Shown here: in pieces, positions 9,835-19,557 of the stretch
Layout: each line of letters begins with the position of its first letter
How positions within the stretch are numbered: position 1 is the stretch's first letter
Virus record (IMG/VR): IMGVR_UViG_3300017700_000931
Coordinates: 224,001-288,000 of that record
DNA: 64,000 nt
Strand: one strand, 5' to 3'
DNA from: a virus
Taxonomy: Duplodnaviria; Caudoviricetes
The notes under the pieces: model-generated
What the model saw: only the letters and a program-made list of their open reading frames with translations
Told to the model about the DNA's origin: nothing
Databases searched by the model: none
Position numbers and translations under genes: made by a program

Positions 9835-10257
9835 TTATGCAACTTTTTCACCTATAAATTCATAACTAAAGCAGACCCTTTTATTGTCAACATAGTGATT
9901 CTTAAATAGATTGGTGTGATTCACATCGATTCTTAGCTTCTTATTTTTAGTGGTCGGTTTCCATAATGGAGAATGTTGCATATAATATCCCATTCTGGGG
10001 TGGGCCGCTCTAGAAAAGAACCTCTTACCTTCGTCAAGGTGTAATTGAGCACAAGCGTTAATAAACCTAACCCCGATACCCAAGCCTTGATAATCAGGTA
10101 ATATGACAACCCTATGGCCACGCCACGCATTTTTAACATATCCAGTTGGCATTGCAATACTGGCTAAAAAACCAACCACATTACCGTTCCATGTGGCAAC
10201 ATAACATCTGGTCGCAACATGTAAGTCATCATTTAAATAATGATGCTCTTTAAACAT
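9835..10257 (-). CDS. GNAT-family acetyltransferase (C-terminal part of a probable frameshift fusion)
   Basis: HRVVILPDYQGLGIG acetyl-CoA binding motif. Confidence 0.85.
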   Translation of the reverse strand: MFKEHHYLNDDLHVATRCYVATWNGNVVGFLASIAMPTGYVKNAWRGHRVVILPDYQGLGIGVRFINACAQLHLDEGKRFFSRAAHPRMGYYMQHSPLWKPTTKNKKLRIDVNHTNLFKNHYVDNKRVCFSYEFIGEKVA

Positions 10258-10922
10258 GGGCCAGATACTGCGATTTGCTCTATGTATTTGGAGATTGATT
10301 TCTGGTCGGACAAAAAAAAACCATCGTAGATTTCTCCATTATTAGCATTTATTACCCAGTCCGGTTCTAACCAATCAATCACATCATCATGACAAGTAGC
10401 AATAACCACGTTTTTTATATTATTTTTTTTAATGTATTTTGAAAGAGATACTGATGCAGCCTTCGCTACATTTCTATCTACAACCGACGTGAATTCATCC
10501 AATACTGCATTGTCTTTAATTTTTCTGGCTAAATCGGCCCTAAATTTTTCACCATTGGATAACACATGGTATGGTTTATACCAACTTGGGATAGTATTCA
10601 ATCCAACGGCACCTAATTTATTTATAGCTTCATCTGGCGTATCAAAATGAGACATGATGGATTTATTTATTTCCCAGCTAGGTTGTAATTCTTGACCAAA
10701 TTCATTCAATAGGGTACTTTTTCCAGAACCACTGGAGCCATAAATAACGCCAATATTAAATTCAGATGGTAATAGTTTTGGTTTTTCCCATGGGAAGAAT
10801 CTTGAGGTTCCGTCAAAAGTACAATCAAATGCTTTCTCACTAGCCATGATAAACTCATCCTTTTCAACGGACGAAGTTAGTGGTATTAGTTGTTTTGATA
10901 ATTGTTCTATGATATTCCTCAT
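10233..10922 (-). CDS. Soluble ABC-type ATPase
   Basis: Walker A GSSGSGKS, signature LSNGE, Walker B LDEFTS, switch ATCH; no TM partner nearby. Confidence 0.9.
   Translation of the reverse strand: MRNIIEQLSKQLIPLTSSVEKDEFIMASEKAFDCTFDGTSRFFPWEKPKLLPSEFNIGVIYGSSGSGKSTLLNEFGQELQPSWEINKSIMSHFDTPDEAINKLGAVGLNTIPSWYKPYHVLSNGEKFRADLARKIKDNAVLDEFTSVVDRNVAKAASVSLSKYIKKNNIKNVVIATCHDDVIDWLEPDWVINANNGEIYDGFFLSDQKSISKYIEQIAVSGPCLKSIII
10312..10320 (-). other. Candidate -1 slippery site (U9) joining the ABC ATPase to the GNAT
   Basis: GGT TTT TTT TTG; the -1 frame reads FVRPEINLQIHRANRSIWP-MFKEHHYL. Confidence 0.65.
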
Positions 10923-11040
10923 AGAACAATTCTATTATTTATTGTTCGAAAATCAATAGATAGACTAGAACTTTTTAAACATAAGAATAGCCAGACAACT
11001 TAATGCCTAGCTATTTATTTTTTACTTAATTGCTTCTAAA

Positions 11041-11250
11041 TTACTTAGTTGCAGCTTTTGAATCCGTTAAAAGAGCGATTTTTTTCTCAAGGCTTTTAAT
11101 TCTAGTTTCAAGAATATTATTACCTTTAGATGCGTTTTCAGCAATCCATTCTTTTTTCTTTAATTCTACGGCCTCAGTTACGATACCATCAATTAATTCA
11201 ACTAGTTTGCTTTCAGTGAATCTTACAACTTTTACTTTTTTTCCAGACAT
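11041..11250 (-). CDS. Small hypothetical protein with an FTESKL motif
   Basis: 69 aa, ATATTTAT upstream. Confidence 0.7.
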   Translation of the reverse strand: MSGKKVKVVRFTESKLVELIDGIVTEAVELKKKEWIAENASKGNNILETRIKSLEKKIALLTDSKAATK

Positions 11251-11334
11251 GGTTTAACCTTTTAAATATACTTGTTAGTCTACTTAATAAATATAGATTA
11301 AATCCTGAAAGTTAAATAAATTTTTATTTTTATC

Positions 11335-11487
11335 TTAAGATACTTTCTCAACAATGAAAATGCTGACCAATAAATCCTCAGTCAGCATTTTCATCTTAGC
11401 AAAATAACTTATAGCGTCTGACCTATCATTGGCTGTAATCTTTTTAATCACATCACCATTTGTGGTCCTTAATTCATACTCTCCCAT
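11335..11487 (-). CDS. Small hypothetical protein (50 aa)
   Basis: MGEYELRTTNGDVIKKI... read by hand. Confidence 0.5.
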   Translation of the reverse strand: MGEYELRTTNGDVIKKITANDRSDAISYFAKMKMLTEDLLVSIFIVEKVS

Positions 11488-11537
11488 ACTATCACAAATA
11501 TATGATAAATATTGAAAATCACAAGTAAAAATTAGAA

Positions 11538-12131
11538 TTATTTACATATTTTATCAGCCCCCTTTGAAGCAGCATAAGCATCCGGTTTAATTTTGCTCTC
11601 CCAACCCATACCAATGATATAACCAATCGCATCACCTAATGCAACATGTGATTCATATCTTGGGTCTGGATTAATATCAGCATGTATTTCCATAGTGATA
11701 CCATATAAATCAAGTAATGGCCAAACCTCCAAACCAACTTCGATAGATGAACTAACTTCCCTCAACATCCGTTGATTGATTATTTCAATCTCTCTATGTT
11801 TTTTCTTATTGGTTGTCGCTCTCATTTCTTCCCAGAAAGTTGCACCAATGACCATTGCACCCCTACCGGAGTAGATAGGAACTTTAGTTTTTGTCCCATC
11901 CCAGTTTTTCTTATACTCAAAACCCATATGCTCTCTAGTCTCAACAACTATAGCAGTAGCGAATTTATATCCCTTACCAGCTTTTTGTGAGTCAGTACCA
12001 ATACATACTTTAAGTTCAAAACCCTTTTCAAGTTCTGCTTCAAAAAGTCTTTCTAAATAATCAACTAATGGTTCTTCAATAGGACCATGGTTTACTCGTT
12101 TCCATTTCATAATATGTTTTGTTTTAAGCAC
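11538..12131 (-). CDS. RNase H-like YkuK-family protein
   Basis: CIGTDSQ, FATAIV, RMLREV, EIHADINPD, AYAAS.GAD motifs. Confidence 0.8.
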   Translation of the reverse strand: MLKTKHIMKWKRVNHGPIEEPLVDYLERLFEAELEKGFELKVCIGTDSQKAGKGYKFATAIVVETREHMGFEYKKNWDGTKTKVPIYSGRGAMVIGATFWEEMRATTNKKKHREIEIINQRMLREVSSSIEVGLEVWPLLDLYGITMEIHADINPDPRYESHVALGDAIGYIIGMGWESKIKPDAYAASKGADKICK

Positions 12132-12187
12132 GAAAACCTCTCCTTTTTTTAAGAAGAGGTTTTCATAATTTATTAAAAATTTTTCAT

Positions 12188-13645
12188 CTACGCTTCAACT
12201 ATATCTGACAACATAGCTGATGGTAAAAGTCTTTTTAATTTTTTATAATTCTTCTCTCCAATTTCAGCCTCTCTAACTGAAATTCTATAAAGTTTTCCAC
12301 CTCTACTCATATCCAACTGCCCAATTTCTTCTGGAATATCAGTAATCTTGTTACCAACAAGATTTAGGAATATCAAACTTTTACAATCACCAATTTCTTT
12401 TGGTATTGACGTTAATTTGTTTTTGGGAACTGACAATACTTCTAACTTAGGTAAGCTAAACATACTCGGATTTAATTCCCTCAGAGATGTCTCCCCCAAG
12501 TAAATGGTTTCAACGTTTTTAAATCTAGACAAATCAGGTAATTTTGGTATCTCTCTCTTTTTAAATCTTATTGTTGGTTGGTCCACATCTTGAATATCAA
12601 ATAAAATATCCGTAAAACCAAACGAAATTAAATAATCAATGTAAAAATTCTCATTTAAATTTCCATTAAATGCTTTCGCTAATGGCGTTAGTTCTTCGTA
12701 GAAGAAATTTGATAATGCTTCACTCTTCGAAAGAATCGAATCATAAATATTCTTATTGGCACCATTACTTCTATCTCTCAACTGTTTGCTTTCAAAATGG
12801 ATTTGATACATCATATCGTTCGGAATAGAACTTGTATCAAATTCACCATTTAAAAATCTGTTATCTATGATAATATATATTCTAGATTTATTTGAAATTG
12901 GTGTTTTATAATTAGTGTAACTATCAAACATACCATTACCTTGTTTAGTCGTACACCAACTAGCAAACCCATCAAACAAAACATTAGCATCCCTAGTTAA
13001 TGGAATAAATAATGTGAAATTTCTATCTCTAACTGGCATCAAAGCATGTCCGGCATCAACAAAACGCTTCATAGCTCTTTCAAAATCTGATGCATCTCGC
13101 TCAATAAACGGGTCAACCGAATCAAAGAGTTGTGCTAGGTTTTGATATTGATTGATATTTGTGGTATCAGTCATATTTTTAAGAGCGTAGTTTGATTCTG
13201 TTAATTCTTTGAACAGACGTTTACGTTTGTTGCTATCAAACAACTCTAGATACTCATTAGCTTGCGGTAAATCTTCAGCACCAAATCTAATTGCGTCATC
13301 AATCTTACCATCCTTAATCAATCTAGTGAAAACAGTTAACATCCACTGTAAGTAGATTTTATTAGGCGTTGGGTCAGCCGCAATCATTGCGGCAAAAATG
13401 TCCTCATGGATTCTTACAGTTTTTCTAACCCTAGATTTATCCTCATTAGTAATGATTGTATCAAGGATAGCAAGTGTTTTCTTGGTCATAACACCCATAT
13501 GAGTGTCAGTGTGGTCAGCTACTTCAATTTTAGTAATCTCACGACCTTCATTAGTTAATGATTCAACAATACCATTCATTTCTTCTTCCATGAATACATT
13601 GTATTTATCAGCCAAAAATTCTATCCTCTTTTCAATCTTTACCAT
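12188..13645 (-). CDS. Leucine-rich-repeat protein with an N-terminal WCT-motif domain
   Basis: C-terminal LRRs (LEVLSVPKNKLTSIPKEIGDCKSLIFLNLVGNKITDIPEEIG); FASWCTT; start placed at MVKIEKRI. Confidence 0.8.
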   Translation of the reverse strand: MVKIEKRIEFLADKYNVFMEEEMNGIVESLTNEGREITKIEVADHTDTHMGVMTKKTLAILDTIITNEDKSRVRKTVRIHEDIFAAMIAADPTPNKIYLQWMLTVFTRLIKDGKIDDAIRFGAEDLPQANEYLELFDSNKRKRLFKELTESNYALKNMTDTTNINQYQNLAQLFDSVDPFIERDASDFERAMKRFVDAGHALMPVRDRNFTLFIPLTRDANVLFDGFASWCTTKQGNGMFDSYTNYKTPISNKSRIYIIIDNRFLNGEFDTSSIPNDMMYQIHFESKQLRDRSNGANKNIYDSILSKSEALSNFFYEELTPLAKAFNGNLNENFYIDYLISFGFTDILFDIQDVDQPTIRFKKREIPKLPDLSRFKNVETIYLGETSLRELNPSMFSLPKLEVLSVPKNKLTSIPKEIGDCKSLIFLNLVGNKITDIPEEIGQLDMSRGGKLYRISVREAEIGEKNYKKLKRLLPSAMLSDIVEA

Positions 13646-13702
13646 AACAATCTTTTTGCAAATATACAAAGAATTATTTAAATAATCAATATAATGACAA
13701 AA

Positions 13703-13730
13703 AAAAGGTGCAACCATGGTTGCACCTTTT
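13703..13730. terminator. Perfect palindromic terminator
   Basis: AAAAGGTGCAACCATGGTTGCACCTTTT. Confidence 0.8.
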
Positions 13731-13733
13731 AAG

Positions 13734-14072
13734 TTATTTATAGAATCGCCTCAATAAATCAAGGTTTTCATAATCTCTAATTTTCAATATGTGGGCCCAG
13801 AGATATTTTTTAATTTCATTGTCTCTATCAATGATATCTGAAATAATATCATTCGGATTCTCCCCACCAGTTAATCGATATTTTATTTCATCAAAATAAT
13901 CAGCCCTATCCAATCTTACCAGTTCTGCTATTATTGATTCATAAGTGTGCCATCTTTCTTTCGTTTCTTCGTTGGTATTTCTTAAGTAGTTTTTAATAAA
14001 TCTGTTATACATTTTATCTAGCGTATTGTACGTGCCAGACCCCGCCCTGATAGTAATTTTAGAAGTCTCCAT
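13734..14072 (-). CDS. Hypothetical protein
   Basis: 112 aa; shares a Y.L...E.P motif with 14490..14840. Confidence 0.7.
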   Translation of the reverse strand: METSKITIRAGSGTYNTLDKMYNRFIKNYLRNTNEETKERWHTYESIIAELVRLDRADYFDEIKYRLTGGENPNDIISDIIDRDNEIKKYLWAHILKIRDYENLDLLRRFYK

Positions 14073-14202
14073 GTTACTATAAATTTAACATTGTTATTTG
14101 ATAATAAATATCATTTCGAACAACAATGTCGGGGTGTTTTGAATATAAAAAAGATTAACCTTTGATAGGATTAAATTAGGCCGGATTTAATATATAAAAA
14201 AA

Positions 14203-14490
14203 TTATTCATATAAATCCGCAATGAATTTTTCTACTTTATCATCAATCATTTTGGTAATGTTTTCATCGTTTGGGTCATCCCTTAAAATGTTGAATTCAT
14301 TATCCAACCCCTCAAAAATTTCTGATTTAATATTACCATCCATGAAATGTTCTATTTTGATGATGAACTCAGGATTTAAGATATAATGTTTGTCAACATA
14401 CTTAGAAAGAATCCTAACTCTTTGTTTATTGAAAATTTCTTCAACCTCTTCTTGGGTATAGACTTTCCCATTAATTCTAATTTTCGACAT
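14203..14490 (-). CDS. Hypothetical protein
   Basis: 95-aa coupled ORF. Confidence 0.65.
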   Translation of the reverse strand: MSKIRINGKVYTQEEVEEIFNKQRVRILSKYVDKHYILNPEFIIKIEHFMDGNIKSEIFEGLDNEFNILRDDPNDENITKMIDDKVEKFIADLYE

Positions 14491-14840
14491 TATCCAAATT
14501 TTATTATTTTTTTGTACAATCGCTCCAACTCAGATGAACGCTCTTTTACTTCACTTATTACTTCAATGCAAACATTTTTCGGGTCCTCAACATCGGTTAG
14601 CCTATATTGTAATTCTTTAACCCTAACCATGTCTTTCAGATTATTTTTGAATTCGATAATAACCTGATTGTAGGTGGCCCAAGCTCTTTTAATACTCAAC
14701 GCCTCAGATGTTAGCCTTTTATTTAAATGCTCTTCATAAAGTTTTTCAACGATAGTTTCTTCATACTTGTGTTCTAAATAAGTTTCAAAGTTACCATACG
14801 ATTCTCTAAGCTCTTTTTTTATCTTATCCCTTAAGTCCAT
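14490..14840 (-). CDS. Hypothetical protein
   Basis: Start placed at MDLRDKIKKELRES. Confidence 0.65.
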   Translation of the reverse strand: MDLRDKIKKELRESYGNFETYLEHKYEETIVEKLYEEHLNKRLTSEALSIKRAWATYNQVIIEFKNNLKDMVRVKELQYRLTDVEDPKNVCIEVISEVKERSSELERLYKKIIKFG

Positions 14841-14844
14841 CGCA

Positions 14845-15105
14845 CTAAGTTTGAATATGAATATTTTTAAGATGCTGAAACACTTCATCACTATCAATAC
14901 CAAGTTCTACACTCAATTTTTCCGACATCATCTCGAATAAATCTATAACCCCATCAAAAATCTTTTGTTGATGAATAAATTCTAAATCAGTTTTGTCACC
15001 TTTTAATCTTGAATGATAATAATTAACCATACTTCTCTCAATGAGTTTGTTTTCATTGACATAATGTTTTTTTGTATAGGCTAATATTTTATCAGCATTT
15101 GTCAT
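14845..15105 (-). CDS. Hypothetical protein
   Basis: 86 aa, ATGA-coupled. Confidence 0.6.
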   Translation of the reverse strand: MTNADKILAYTKKHYVNENKLIERSMVNYYHSRLKGDKTDLEFIHQQKIFDGVIDLFEMMSEKLSVELGIDSDEVFQHLKNIHIQT

Positions 15106-15443
15106 GCAATAGGTGTGTTTTTTGACAGAGTACCAGTCTTATCTAAATTACCTTTAAACCAATCAGTAATAACTTGCTTAACAAAAGTCGCACCAAGTTT
15201 ATACTTATACATCATGTAATCAAATAAAGACTTTGGAGTCATTAACTCTTGATTGACCTTATTGAGCACCATAGGTTGTTCATGAAACTCACCACCCTTT
15301 TTATAGGTTCCTTTTGATGGTTCATAATTCAAATCCAAATCTGCCGCAATACGTCTAACTAATATCTCATGATTATTTGATTCATAGATATAGTCCCTCA
15401 GCACCAATAGCTGACTTTCCGATATTAATACTCTTTTTGCCAT
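15102..15443 (-). CDS. Hypothetical protein with an ISESQL motif
   Basis: 113 aa, ATATTTAT 5 nt upstream. Confidence 0.7.
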   Translation of the reverse strand: MAKRVLISESQLLVLRDYIYESNNHEILVRRIAADLDLNYEPSKGTYKKGGEFHEQPMVLNKVNQELMTPKSLFDYMMYKYKLGATFVKQVITDWFKGNLDKTGTLSKNTPIA

Positions 15444-15486
15444 ACTAATAAATATTTGGCAAATATGAAATATAGTCCTAGTGGGA

Positions 15487-15813
15487 CTACTTTAAAGCAT
15501 TAATTTTATTTTGGTAAGCTGATTTTGGGTTGGCCCCCAATAATCTATCAACCACAACACCATTTTTTATAAAAAGAATCGCCGGAATACTTCTAATACC
15601 GTAGTTAGTAGCACTAACCGGATTCTCATCCACGTTTATTTTACCAACCATAATATCTGGGTTGTCATTTGCTAGTTCATCAATCACCGGACCTACCATT
15701 CGACAAGGTCCACACCAAGCCGCCCAAAAATCAATTACTACTAATTCTGAATTTAAAACCTCACCAATATTTGAATCTGTTATCTCTAAAGCCATTTCAC
15801 ATTTTTTTATCAT
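15487..15813 (-). CDS. trxA: Thioredoxin
   Basis: DFWAAWCGPCRM, KINVDE, GIRSIP. Confidence 0.97.
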   Translation of the reverse strand: MIKKCEMALEITDSNIGEVLNSELVVIDFWAAWCGPCRMVGPVIDELANDNPDIMVGKINVDENPVSATNYGIRSIPAILFIKNGVVVDRLLGANPKSAYQNKINALK

Positions 15814-15855
15814 TCGTTATATTATACAAATATATCTATTTATTATTAAAAATCA

Positions 15856-16128
15856 ATGTCTAAAACAACATTTATTTGGCGATATTTCTTTACGAAAATT
15901 ATTACCCAGTCACACCCAGCAGTGTATCAGTACATTAAGGGTGGTGTTAGGAGTAAGGAAACTGCTATTAGTAGAGTTACAGAAGAAATGTATGATTGGT
16001 GTAACCCCTATTGGTTAGATGATGAAGATATTGACATCATTTTTATCCGAGGGATATCCAGACAATACCTAAAAAGTATGGAAGAACAATGGAAAGCTGG
16101 AAAAATTAAGATACGAGAAATATATTAA
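15856..16128 (+). CDS. Hypothetical protein
   Basis: 90-aa ORF. Confidence 0.55.
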   Translation: MSKTTFIWRYFFTKIITQSHPAVYQYIKGGVRSKETAISRVTEEMYDWCNPYWLDDEDIDIIFIRGISRQYLKSMEEQWKAGKIKIREIY

Positions 16129-16423
16129 ACTGATTTCTTATTTGATTAATCGGGTCATAATAAATTTCCCACTTCTTTTCTTTAAAATACTTGGCAACAT
16201 ACATTGCCGCCTCTCTCGGAGGTAAGCCCATAATTTCAGACAATTCTAAAACTATCGGCGTAAGGTATTGTTCAATAGCATTGAAATTTTTTGCTTGAAT
16301 ACTATTAAATATGAATTCACCAAACAACCGATATGTGGTGAATTGAGTTTTTTTCTTACTAATGACAATAGAGGCATCAGTAATTACCAAATGAATATGA
16401 TGTTCAAACAATTTTTTGCTCAT
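16106..16423 (-). CDS. Hypothetical protein
   Basis: 105-aa ORF. Confidence 0.6.
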   Translation of the reverse strand: MSKKLFEHHIHLVITDASIVISKKKTQFTTYRLFGEFIFNSIQAKNFNAIEQYLTPIVLELSEIMGLPPREAAMYVAKYFKEKKWEIYYDPINQIRNQFNIFLVS

Positions 16424-16575
16424 TATGCAAATTTAGGCTTTTTAGATGACATCCGCAAATATTTATTACTAAATTTAATATAATGGATGAAATAGAAGAT
16501 TGGGGAGATTTTGGTGACCATAGTATCACCTCGTTTTGACTTGACTAGTCAAAATATTTTTAGTAGATTTAATCT

Positions 16576-17109
16576 ATGAAAAAAACTATTGATAAAAAAC
16601 TTGAGAAAATTATAATTAAGACAATCAAGACCCAATACATCGTAAATGATTCCAAAGAATTAATATCTATTGATGATAACCTAATTAATTCACCCAAAAA
16701 TCTATCTGATTTTATTATTGAAATGTTTGATATTCGAAATGACTTGGCTGATTTAATTACGTACAATTGGCTATTCAAAAATGGTTATGAAAATATCCTA
16801 GCTAGTTGGGACGTAATATTCTTACAGTATCGTGATTATGACCCATACGTACCCGGAGGATATGGAATTCATATAACCAGCTCTGCCTCAACAACCACTA
16901 GTGATTTATTCATATCTACTGATGTAATTAGACCGAGTTTCGACTATTCAAGTCTACCAACATTACAAGTGGATGATTGTTCCTTTTCTGCATCATCTAG
17001 TGTAAACTATATTATTGGGTGTGATACAGCCGCCGCATCACCATTAGTATCGTACTCAACTGTAACCCTTCGACAACTGAATGGTACTAACACACTTGAA
17101 TACACATAA
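16576..17109 (+). CDS. Hypothetical protein, S/T-rich C-terminus
   Basis: 177-aa ORF. Confidence 0.6.
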   Translation: MKKTIDKKLEKIIIKTIKTQYIVNDSKELISIDDNLINSPKNLSDFIIEMFDIRNDLADLITYNWLFKNGYENILASWDVIFLQYRDYDPYVPGGYGIHITSSASTTTSDLFISTDVIRPSFDYSSLPTLQVDDCSFSASSSVNYIIGCDTAAASPLVSYSTVTLRQLNGTNTLEYT

Positions 17110-17141
17110 GGCTTTATTTTAGCTCACTTCATAATATATTT

Positions 17142-17420
17142 ATGAAGATGAAAGAACTAGACCAATACTCACAAGACATTATGCTGAAATTTCTTCAGGC
17201 ATACTTTCCAGTGAAAAAATTGAAAGATGGTAGACGATTTAAACGTGGTATAATTATTGAGCCCGGATTCTCGGTTGGCCCAACTAGAAAAATATACCTT
17301 AAACCACAAAGTGAATTACATGCTTTATTTGTAATTCTCTATTCTATTCTAGAGGATGTTTTTGATTTTTCAAAACTAGAAATCAATATGGTACTCCTTA
17401 AGTACCTTAATGTTATTTAA
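17142..17420 (+). CDS. Hypothetical protein
   Basis: 92 aa; likely start 17148 after ATATTTAT. Confidence 0.6.
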   Translation: MKMKELDQYSQDIMLKFLQAYFPVKKLKDGRRFKRGIIIEPGFSVGPTRKIYLKPQSELHALFVILYSILEDVFDFSKLEINMVLLKYLNVI

Positions 17421-17515
17421 TTTTTCTTAGGGAATCTTCTTCCCAATTTGAATCCAACAATAAACACAGCTATTAAAGCAATGATTGTTATAATGTTTCC
17501 GAATATTAACATAAT

Positions 17516-17776
17516 TTATCTTTTGTTTTTTTTCTTTAAAAATTCCATGTATTGAGTGGTGGACATACCAGCGGCTTCAGCTTCTTTCTCAATTTTATTA
17601 ATCGTAGCTAATTTCAATCCAAAATAAAGTATGAAAAATAAATAAATAAAAAACCACCCATCATGTAATATGAATAATGAACGACATAGTTGAACTAGTA
17701 AGCCAATACTAACAATATGTAAGAACCATTTATATATTTTAACCCCGTTTTCTTTGGCCGCAGTATCTTTATCCAT
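17516..17776 (-). CDS. Small 2-TM membrane protein
   Basis: Two hydrophobic segments. Confidence 0.6.
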   Translation of the reverse strand: MDKDTAAKENGVKIYKWFLHIVSIGLLVQLCRSLFILHDGWFFIYLFFILYFGLKLATINKIEKEAEAAGMSTTQYMEFLKKKNKR

Positions 17777-17784
17777 AGAATAAT

Positions 17785-18333
17785 TTATTGTTTGACAAAG
17801 GTTAACTCAGAAAAGTATTTATAATTAACACCACCAATACTCTCATACGTTTCTTGGACATAAAAGTTAACTGAATTCTCCGAGTAATCAGACAAATAAG
17901 CCGACAGAGGTCTGCTAGACCCACCTAATTGTGTTGGTCCGGTACTCCATTCAACAATACTCATATTAGAAGTGGTTAAATTGAACCCATATGGGTTTAA
18001 ACTATCGTAATTTAGCCAAAATTCACCCATGTTTGGTATATGGTCGGGTGAAATGAAAGACCAAACAGTGCTATCCACGACAATTCTTTCAAATTCAAAC
18101 ATTTGTCCCTCATATCTTAAGCTAGAAACCGTTTTTGTATCATCAAAATGTTCATAAACAGTCTTCTCACCCGTCTCCAAGTTCTCCATGTACATCTTAC
18201 CATCAACTAAAAGCCAATCCCCAAAGACTGAAATGGCTTCAACTGGTGGAATTGGGTCCTCAACTGGTGGTGGCAATTCTTTTTCACATGAAAAAAATAT
18301 AATTGAAACAAATAATAGGATTAAATTTTTCAT
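17785..18333 (-). CDS. Lipoprotein (lipocalin-like by inference)
   Basis: MKNLILLFVSIIFFS-CEKE lipobox; GDWLLVDG. Confidence 0.7.
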   Translation of the reverse strand: MKNLILLFVSIIFFSCEKELPPPVEDPIPPVEAISVFGDWLLVDGKMYMENLETGEKTVYEHFDDTKTVSSLRYEGQMFEFERIVVDSTVWSFISPDHIPNMGEFWLNYDSLNPYGFNLTTSNMSIVEWSTGPTQLGGSSRPLSAYLSDYSENSVNFYVQETYESIGGVNYKYFSELTFVKQ

Positions 18334-18593
18334 AATTATAGGTTTTAATGATTAATGATATGCCAAAGATAAGCATAATTATTTAATCTACCAAATTTAA
18401 TTGTGAATATTTTTATTTCTGGGTATTCTAACGCTATGAATAAAGTTATTACAAGCTAACTTAGTACCAGTAAATAGAACATCATCAGTAACCAAAACTT
18501 CAGATGGTGTTTTGGTTGTCATGAAACCATAATTTGTAATAACGACTTTGTAATCTTCCATAAATAATGCAAAGATACAAATATTTTAATAAT

Positions 18594-19031
18594 TTACAAG
18601 TCGATTTTTTTAATATCCTTAAAATTATTATCAATATTAGCCTCAGCAAATTTGTTTAATTCCTCGATAAGGTCTTCTAAAACATCAATTTTATGGTATA
18701 CAACTTCTTGGAAGATATCATCGCACTTCGTATCAGCTTCCTCCCATTTAGTTTCAAACTCTTCATCTGGTAATCCCTTAAAAAAAGATTCTACTTTGTT
18801 TTTATGAGTGTACATTACGGTTCTCAATTGCTCTAGCTTACGAAGCATAATACTTAAATCACTATTACCATCTATGATTTCAGCTAATGTAGTAAAGGTC
18901 AATTGGCTATACATTCTATTAACCACTTCCTTTGTTTCATCACCCTTTGTTATAAAGGTATCAATAATTTCACGACCCTCAGTAATGAGCCTAGCTTTAT
19001 TTAATTGTGATTCCCTTAATTTGACTTTCAT
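18594..19031 (-). CDS. Hypothetical coiled-coil protein with an LRESQL motif
   Basis: 145 aa, ATATTTAT 5 nt upstream. Confidence 0.7.
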   Translation of the reverse strand: MKVKLRESQLNKARLITEGREIIDTFITKGDETKEVVNRMYSQLTFTTLAEIIDGNSDLSIMLRKLEQLRTVMYTHKNKVESFFKGLPDEEFETKWEEADTKCDDIFQEVVYHKIDVLEDLIEELNKFAEANIDNNFKDIKKIDL

Positions 19032-19077
19032 AGTAATAAATATCTGTACTTTTTATAAAAATAACCTATATTTAATC

Positions 19078-19557
19078 ATGGCAAACTACGATTTTACCAA
19101 AGATATACATACTGGCGAAGCCGGAGAGAAAATTGTTGTAATGGACCTAGAAACGCTTGGTCTTAAATTATTATCAGATAATAAAACCAATACCTATGAT
19201 TTATTAATGGATAAAGATGGTAGAGAAATTACCTATGAGGTCAAAACCGATGTACTAATTAGACCAGAAAGTGATACTGGAAATATGTTCATAGAATTTG
19301 AATCAAGATATAATCCATCTGGTATCAGCACATCAAAAGCAGAATGGTTTGTAACCTTCTTCCAACATCTAAGAGAAATCTGGTACATCCGAACCACGGA
19401 CCTTATCCAATTATTGGCCGAAATTGAATGTCCTATTACCGAATCAGCTGGTGACATAGATAGTAATACCAAGGGATATTTATTGAATAGATACAAATAC
19501 CAAAATAAATTTATAGTAAGACGAGTACCAAAATCATGGCTAAACCCCCAAAATTAA
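19078..19557 (+). CDS. PD-(D/E)XK-family nuclease
   Basis: GEAGE...YDLL...TYEVKTD...GNMFIEFES pattern; start placed at MANYDF. Confidence 0.75.
   Translation: MANYDFTKDIHTGEAGEKIVVMDLETLGLKLLSDNKTNTYDLLMDKDGREITYEVKTDVLIRPESDTGNMFIEFESRYNPSGISTSKAEWFVTFFQHLREIWYIRTTDLIQLLAEIECPITESAGDIDSNTKGYLLNRYKYQNKFIVRRVPKSWLNPQN

Noticed and set aside
16483-16539. 18-aa acidic micro-ORF MDEIEDWGDFGDHSITSF after an ATATTTAT motif
   Set aside because: Too short to support without conservation or ribosome-profiling data.
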